Shown one piece after another: positions 57,078 through 64,000 of a stretch of 64,000 nt of DNA. The notes beneath the pieces were generated by a model. The model made no database searches. It worked only from the letters and a program-made list of their open reading frames with translations, and had not been told where the DNA came from. The DNA is from Eledone cirrhosa (taxonomy: Eukaryota), in contig CAXHJY010000565.1 of assembly GCA_964016885.1 (NCBI GenBank), positions 124,634 to 188,633 of the forward strand, given 5' to 3'. The first letter of the stretch is position 1. Every line of letters starts with the position of its first letter. A program made the position numbers and the translations under genes.

Positions 57078-58715
57078 TTGATTGCATCATCAAAATCTGA
57101 CCTGGGTAAACTTAGCAAAAACATTCTAGACAGGGTGATACAGCAAATTAAAAACTTGAATTGTTTACCTAACTTGAGCTTGTGGAAGGGAACTGGAGAG
57201 GTCGTTGAGTGGTTTAAAGAAATTAAATATAACAATAATAATAAATTTATTCAACTAGATATTGCTAACTACTATTCGTCTATTACCCCTAATCTACTAA
57301 ATAAGGCACTAAATTACGCATTCAAACATACAGACCTAACTAGCAATGAAATGCACATTATATTATCGGCAAGGGAAAACATTGATAGAATTTAATAACC
57401 AACTATGGACTAGGGCAGATAGAGATAATAATTTCGACATTACTATGGGATCATCAGACTCAGCTCAGGTAACGGACCTTGTGGGCCTATTTATATAATT
57501 AATTCGCTGCATAGGAAAATACCCGGTGTTACCGGAGGATTATATCGAGATGACATGCTTTTACTTATTGAAAATAATAACTCTGAACTAAATAGAAAAA
57601 GAAAACAAATTATACAATTTTTTAATTACCTTAATCTAAAAATAGAAATTGAGAATAACCAGTAGAATAGTCAATTTCCTAGATGTAACATTAAATCTCA
57701 ACACATGTCTTCACTATCCATTTCACAAGTTAAATGAAAACTTGAATTATGTCAGTTTTAGCTCTAATCACCCCAGATCTGTCAAAAATACTATAGTGAA
57801 CTCTGTTCAAAAACGTATCTCTAGAATCTCATCTAATAAAAATATTTTCGACGAAAAAGCCCAGTATTACAATGAAGCGTTAGCTAGAGCAGGATATAGT
57901 GATAAAATTATGTACATCGATAATAGACAAACTACCCAAAAATAACAACAATTTTAATTACGGTAACAACTTTAACAACTATAATAGAAAGCATTACAAT
58001 AATTCCAAAAACCAGAAAAGGAATAGAACTAGAAATATAATATGGTTTGCCCCCCCCCCCCTTCTCACTAAACATTAAAACCCACATCGCTAAACTATTT
58101 TTTAATGCTCTTGACAAACGCTTCCCTAGAACACATAAGTATCACTCAATTTTCAATAGACATACTATAAAATTAACATACTCGTCCACCAAAAATTTAG
58201 CACAAAATATTAATAGAATAAATAATAGGAATCTAAAACCTAGCCAAAATACCGAAAATAGCCTAAACAATATTCAAGTAAACAACTGTAACTGTAGAGA
58301 TAGATCTAAATGTCCGCTAAATAACAATTGCTTAGTTAAAAATATAATATACAACTGTAATGTTAAAACTGACTTAAATTCTTTTAATTATGTTGGTTCC
58401 ACCTCGACAGAATTTAAACTTCGCTATAATAATCACAAGAATTCTTTCACGGATCCAAATAAAAAATCTTCAACATCGCTGTCAGGGTTACTCTGGCAAC
58501 TTAAGCATGATAAAATTGGATATTCGATGGTTTGGAATATAGTCTCAAAAGGGATTCCTTTTAATTCCTCTTCTGAGACATGTGACCTCTGCGCGGAGGA
58601 GATATTCTTTATACTAAAATCTAAAAATTCCATTAATTTACGGACCAATTTATTCAGCTGCTGCAGACATAGATTGAACTCAACTTTTAAATATAAATAT
58701 AAATTTAAAATGTAG
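57078..58715 (+). pseudogene. PLE RT and GIY-YIG endonuclease, frameshifted
   Basis: Pieces 57078-57395, 57649-57945 and 58047-58715 are colinear and highly similar to the 62323-63990 ORF. Confidence 0.9.
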
Positions 58716-60230
58716 TATATTTACTTAAGATATTTAACTATTTATGAAGCTTGGCGATAAATCTTTCGATTCCTTCAATTTTTTAAAACCTTCTTCATGA
58801 GTATATAATTAATGAGATTAATTAAACTACCCTAAAATGGTGATGCTCCCAATCTATTGAATAAATTTTTAAGCTAGATAAACTTCTATAATAAATATAA
58901 GAGCATTTGTAGAACAACTGGGTATCCATAAATTTTTTTTTGAATGATTTCTGCTAAATAAGTTTTGTTGAATAATTTTGGTTTTGTTTGCTTTTGATTC
59001 TGATTGCTTCTAATGAACTTGACAATATATTGTCAAATAAATTGGAAGGGTGGTTTTCTGTGGTTGATATGCGTGGCATACTATGTTTTCTTACGTCCCT
59101 AGATACTCTGGGGAGTGATGAAAATATTCTTGGCGTTTTTAATATATTGATATCTGTTGTCTATTCTATGCTTGAACGATAATCATGTAAGTGAGGGCAA
59201 GAATATTATTATTAATATTAATGTATATTTTATGTCTATATATATATGTATGTACATATATGTATGGTGGAATCTTTTGTAACGCAATGAAGATTTTCAT
59301 GAAAAATAAGAAATTACAGAGCCGATCACGTAAATTCACATGTGTGTCTATAATTGTCAACTTGAATTTGAGATAACCTTCTCTTTTCTCTTTTTCTTTT
59401 TTCATGAAAATACATATATACTTATGTATTTCAGTATTTTTGAAGTTTTATCTCAGATTTTGATTATAAACCTAAGAATTTTTAAACTAAACATAGGGTC
59501 ATTATTTTTTCATTTTTTCACACATTATTGATATGTGTCTCATTCATGAATATTGATATTTACATTATAATACCTAATTCATTTGAATTGATAATTCAAA
59601 TGGATGAAACATAATATTTTAAATCTATCATCTTTCTGAATATATCTATTTCTTCTCCTCTTCCCTCTCCACTTGACGAGATTTATGTATCGGCTGATTT
59701 AACTGTATCTCTCCCACCTCGTATGATAGATATTACTCGATCTACCTCTTTTCTCCCACCACCTATATCTCTCTCTACCTCTCTTTATTTATTTTTACTT
59801 TTATTTTTATTTCTCTCCGTATCCTTAAGACTATAACTAAATAAATAAATAAATAAATAAATAATTACAGTACCCCCTTCCCTCCTTAATCTCTCATTTG
59901 TACGTTGATCATCTGTGCCCAAGCTGCCTATCATTTTTCACTTCCTCAATATATTTCTCTCTCCCATATCTCTTTCTCTCTCTATCTCGCTCTGTTGTTT
60001 TTCTTTACATACATCTCTTCATCTTCTTCGTCTTCCTCTCTAACTGTCCTTAGCACTATACACTTTCTTTCTTCTTCTCTTCGTCCTTAGCACTATACAC
60101 TTTCCTTCTTTTTTCTCTTCGTCTTTCTTTCTAACTGTCCTTAACATTTTCACTACCAAATCAACTTTTTAAATGGAAGTTGTAATGTTTAAGGTATGTC
60201 AAATTTATTTATAAAACGGTTTATATATTG

Positions 60231-60296
60231 TATTTTGTCTGAGGAAGGCATACCATATTTTTAATATGTTATCCCTGAAATATATATAATGAAATA
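60231..60296 (+). ncRNA. PLE pLTR type I hammerhead ribozyme
   Basis: tattttgt CTGAGGA aggcataccatatt ttt aatatgttatccct GAAA tatata TA atgaaata; palindromic ATATATAT. Confidence 0.7.
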
Positions 60297-60378
60297 AATA
60301 TGGTTTTATAAATATAGTTTCCATTTGTTTAATATCGTATATATATAATATATATATATATAATATATATAATATATA

Positions 60379-60434
<56 letters not shown>

Positions 60435-60467
60435 TATATATATAATATATATATATATATAATATAT

Positions 60468-60499
<32 letters not shown>

Positions 60500-60505
60500 A
60501 TATAT

Positions 60506-60537
<32 letters not shown>

Positions 60538-60552
60538 ATATATATATATAAT

Positions 60553-60721
<169 letters not shown>

Positions 60722-60725
60722 TATA

Positions 60726-60773
<48 letters not shown>

Positions 60774-60799
60774 TATATAATATATATATATATATTATA

Positions 60800-61233
60800 A
60801 TATTAAAATAAATGGAAAACTATATTTATAAAACCATATTTATTTCATATATATATTTCGGGATATCATATAACCAATATGCTATGCCTTCCTCAGACAA
60901 AATACAATATAAACAGTTTTATAGATAAATAGATTCGACATACCGTTATAACACCGACTTCCATTTGAAGAGGTTTAAGCTGGCAGTGAAAAAATTTTAC
61001 ACAGAGAGAAAGAAAGAGAGAAAAAAGAAAGAAAGACAGAAAACGAAGAAAAGGAAGAAAAAGAAGAAATGCATGTAACAAAATAGAGAGATGGAAAGAT
61101 AGATAAAGCGAAGAACTTCATGTAAAGAAACAGAAAGAGATATATATAGAGAGGAGAGAGGAGATAGATACATATATATATAGAAAATTAGGTAGTGGGA
61201 GGGTCATTTTGAGTAAATGTATCAATGATACAT

Positions 61234-61264
<31 letters not shown>

Positions 61265-64000
61265 GCTCAAGTATTAATGTAAGGGAGATATATATAGAGA
61301 GAAAAAATATAGAGAGAGGAAAAAATAGCGAGAGAAAAAATTTTAAAATAGCCAGATATATTCGGAGGCGTAAAAACCCTATGTTTTAATGTATTAGTAT
61401 TTATAAAACTTACACTATATTGTAAATATCAGTATTCCTGAATGAGACAAGTATCCATAGTGTGTGAAAATTAATTATCTTATGTTTAGTTTTAAAAAAA
61501 TTCATATGTTTATGTGACAGCTACAAACATCCATGCGAATCCACATGATTCACTCTGCAAACTCTAGGTTCACGGAAAACATTCTCAATGTGGTATAAAA
61601 ATTTGAGCATACATATATGTGTATTATTATTCCTGTCTTTACTCTACAAGATTATCTATCAAGCAGAAATAGAGAGCAGATTTCAATATACTAATAAAAA
61701 TATATATCAGAAACAAAACTAAAAAAATAAAAAGATAACAATAATAATAATAAGTAAAAATAAGTAATAATAAAATAGAAAGCTAAAAAAATATTACGAA
61801 AGAATATTACATAATAAAAATATTACATATTAAAAATATTACGTATTAAAAAATATTACGTATTAAAAATTTACATATTAAAGATATTAAAAATAAAAAT
61901 AAAAAATAAAAAATAATTATAAAATACTACAATAATAAAAAATAAAAATAAAAATAAACCACAAAGATCAACCCTTCAAAGTTAATTGACAATATATTGC
62001 CAAGTTCATTACAAGACAAAGCCAAAAATTATCTATCAAATTACATCTAGCAAAGATCATTTCAAAAAGTTTATGATGTCCAAATTGGTCTACATATGTT
62101 CTTATATTTAATATAGAAGTTTATCTAGTGTAAGGTTTATTCAAAAAATTTGGAGCATCAGCTTTTAGGGTAGCTTAATTTTTCATGGGGAATGTTTAAA
62201 TAAAAATAAAATAAAAATAAAAATAAACAATAAAAAAAAGAATAAAAAGAAGGAATCAAAAATTTAGGAATCAAAAATTTATCGGCTAGTTTCCCATATA
62301 AATATAAATCAAACTAAATATACTACATTTTAAATTTAAATTTATATTTAAACGTTGAGTTTAATCTATGTTTGCAACAACTGAATAAATTTGTCCGTAG
62401 GTTAACGGAATTTTTAGATTTTAGTATAAAGAATATCTCCTCTGCGCAGAGGTCACATGTCTCAGAGGATGAATTAAAAGGAATCCCTCTTGAGACTATA
62501 TTCCAAGCCGTCGAATATCTAACGTTATCTAGCTTAAGTTGCCAGAGTACGCCTGATAGTGCCGTTGAAGATTTTTTACTTGGATCTGTGAAAGAATTCT
62601 TGTGGTTATTATAGCGAAGTTTAAATTCCGTCGATGTGGAACCGACGTAGTTAAAAGAATTAGAGTCAGTATTAACATTACAATTGTATACTATATTTTT
62701 AACTAAGCAGTTGTTATTTAACGGACATTTAGATCTATCTCTACAGTTACATTTGTTAACTTGTATATTATTTATGCTATTATCACTAGGTTTTAAGTTC
62801 CTATTATTTATTCTATTAATATTTTGTGCTAAATTTTTGGTGGATGAGTAGGTTAATTTAATTGTATGCCTATTGAAAATTGAGTGATACCTATGTGTTC
62901 TAGGGAAGCGATTATCAAGAGCTTTGAAAAATAATTTAGCGATGTGGGTTTTAATGTTTAGTGAGAAAGGGGGGGCAAACCAAATTATGTTCCTAGTTCT
63001 ATTTCTTTTTTGGCCTTTGGAATTATTGTAATGCTTTCTATTATAGTTGTTAATGTTGTTGCCGTAATTAAAAAAGTTGTTACTTTGTTTAGTTTGTCTA
63101 TCATTATCTATGTACACAATCTTATCAGCATATCCTGCCCTAGCTAATGCTTCATTATAGTATTGGGCCTTTTCGTCGAAAATCTTTCTATTCGACGAGA
63201 TCCTAGAGATACGTTTTTGAACTGAGTTTACTATAGTGTTTTTGACAGATCTGGGGTGGTTAGAGTTAAAGTTGACATAGTTTAAGTTTTCATTCAACTT
63301 GTGAAAAGGATAGTGGAGACATGTGTTGAGATTTAATGTTATATCTAGGAAATTGACTATTCTATGGTTGTTCTCAATTTCTATTTTAAGGTTAAAGTAA
63401 TTAAAAAATTTTGTAATTTGTTTACATTTTCTATTTAGTTCAGGGTTATTATTATTAATAAGTAAAAGCATGTCATCCCTATATAAACCTCCGGTAGTAC
63501 CAGGTATTTTCCTATGTAGCGAATTGATTAAAAATAAGCCCACAAGGTCAGTTACCTGAGCTGAGTCGGAAGATCCCATAGTTATGTCAAAATTGCTATC
63601 TCTATCTGCTCTGGTCCATAATTTGTCATTAAATTCTATCAAAGTTTTCCTAGCCGATAATATAATATGCATTTCTTTGCTAGTTAGGTCAGTATGTTTG
63701 AATGCGTAATTTAGTGCCTTATTTAGTAGACTAGGGGTAATAGAAGAATAATAGTTAGCTATATCAAGTTGAATAAACCTATTATTATTGTTATATTTAA
63801 TTTGCCTAAACCACTCAACAACCTCTCCAGTTCCCTTCCACAAGCTCAGGTTAGATACACAATCCAAGTTCTTAATTTGCTGTATCACCCTGTCAAGAAT
63901 GTTTTTGCTTAATTTGCCCAGGTCCGATTTTGAAGGTGCGATCAATCTAACTGGCAGGTCATTTTCAAAATTCCTCTTGTGGTCCTTCATATTGATCTTC
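60800..64000 (-). mobile_element. Penelope-like element running off the window; pLTR with a degenerate HHR at ~60840-60905
   Basis: Intact ORF; 3' UTR homologous to the plus-strand copy; 3' end abuts (TA)n. Confidence 0.9.
62323..64000 (-). CDS. PLE polyprotein: reverse transcriptase and C-terminal GIY-YIG endonuclease (possibly Hydra clade); N-terminus outside the window
   Basis: FIQLDIANYYSSI, FDITMGSSDSAQ, GLYRDDML, NFLDITL, SNHP, CNCRDRSKCPLNNNC, IVYNC..YVGST..FKLRYNNH, CDLCAEE; no stops over at least 555 aa. Confidence 0.92.
   Translation of the reverse strand, partial: KINMKDHKRNFENDLPVRLIAPSKSDLGKLSKNILDRVIQQIKNLDCVSNLSLWKGTGEVVEWFRQIKYNNNNRFIQLDIANYYSSITPSLLNKALNYAFKHTDLTSKEMHIILSARKTLIEFNDKLWTRADRDSNFDITMGSSDSAQVTDLVGLFLINSLHRKIPGTTGGLYRDDMLLLINNNNPELNRKCKQITKFFNYFNLKIEIENNHRIVNFLDITLNLNTCLHYPFHKLNENLNYVNFNSNHPRSVKNTIVNSVQKRISRISSNRKIFDEKAQYYNEALARAGYADKIVYIDNDRQTKQSNNFFNYGNNINNYNRKHYNNSKGQKRNRTRNIIWFAPPFSLNIKTHIAKLFFKALDNRFPRTHRYHSIFNRHTIKLTYSSTKNLAQNINRINNRNLKPSDNSINNIQVNKCNCRDRSKCPLNNNCLVKNIVYNCNVNTDSNSFNYVGSTSTEFKLRYNNHKNSFTDPSKKSSTALSGVLWQLKLDNVRYSTAWNIVSRGIPFNSSSETCDLCAEEIFFILKSKNSVNLRTNLFSCCKHRLNSTFKYKFKFKM

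Larger units (their letters stand above)
56990..60338 (+). mobile_element. Penelope-like element (RT with C-terminal GIY-YIG), 5'-truncated, with an inverted 3'-tail piece at its 5' end; in (TA)n
   Basis: Degenerate ORF, long 3' UTR and pLTR HHR; 56990-57077 matches the antisense tail at 28403-28490. Confidence 0.88.

Overview
AT-rich eukaryotic DNA with many (TA)n, (CA)n and (TCTA)n microsatellites. The SINE, RTE and Penelope content resembles an invertebrate, probably an octopus; this is an inference. Almost all of the window is transposon-derived: Tx1/L1 and RTE LINEs, C-terminal-endonuclease Penelope-like elements (PLEs), non-autonomous Helitrons, MITEs and a mariner fragment. Two candidate host exons lie at about 20.8 and 22.6 kb. 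The main result is a dense set of minimal type I hammerhead ribozymes (HHRs), about 40 motifs in at least 10 sequence families, most with a palindromic helix III, carried by elements inserted in (TA)n tracts. Two are near-identical tandem arrays (310-bp and 466-bp units, one HHR per unit) that invert in the middle so both RNA 3' ends face the flanking (TA)n. The protein-coding PLE copy at 57-60 kb has the same architecture. The best reading is non-autonomous retrozyme (circular RNA) families mobilised by PLE enzymes. One family carries a U3-A8 compensatory HHR core. All structures were read by eye; coordinates are approximate at tract edges and no searches were run.
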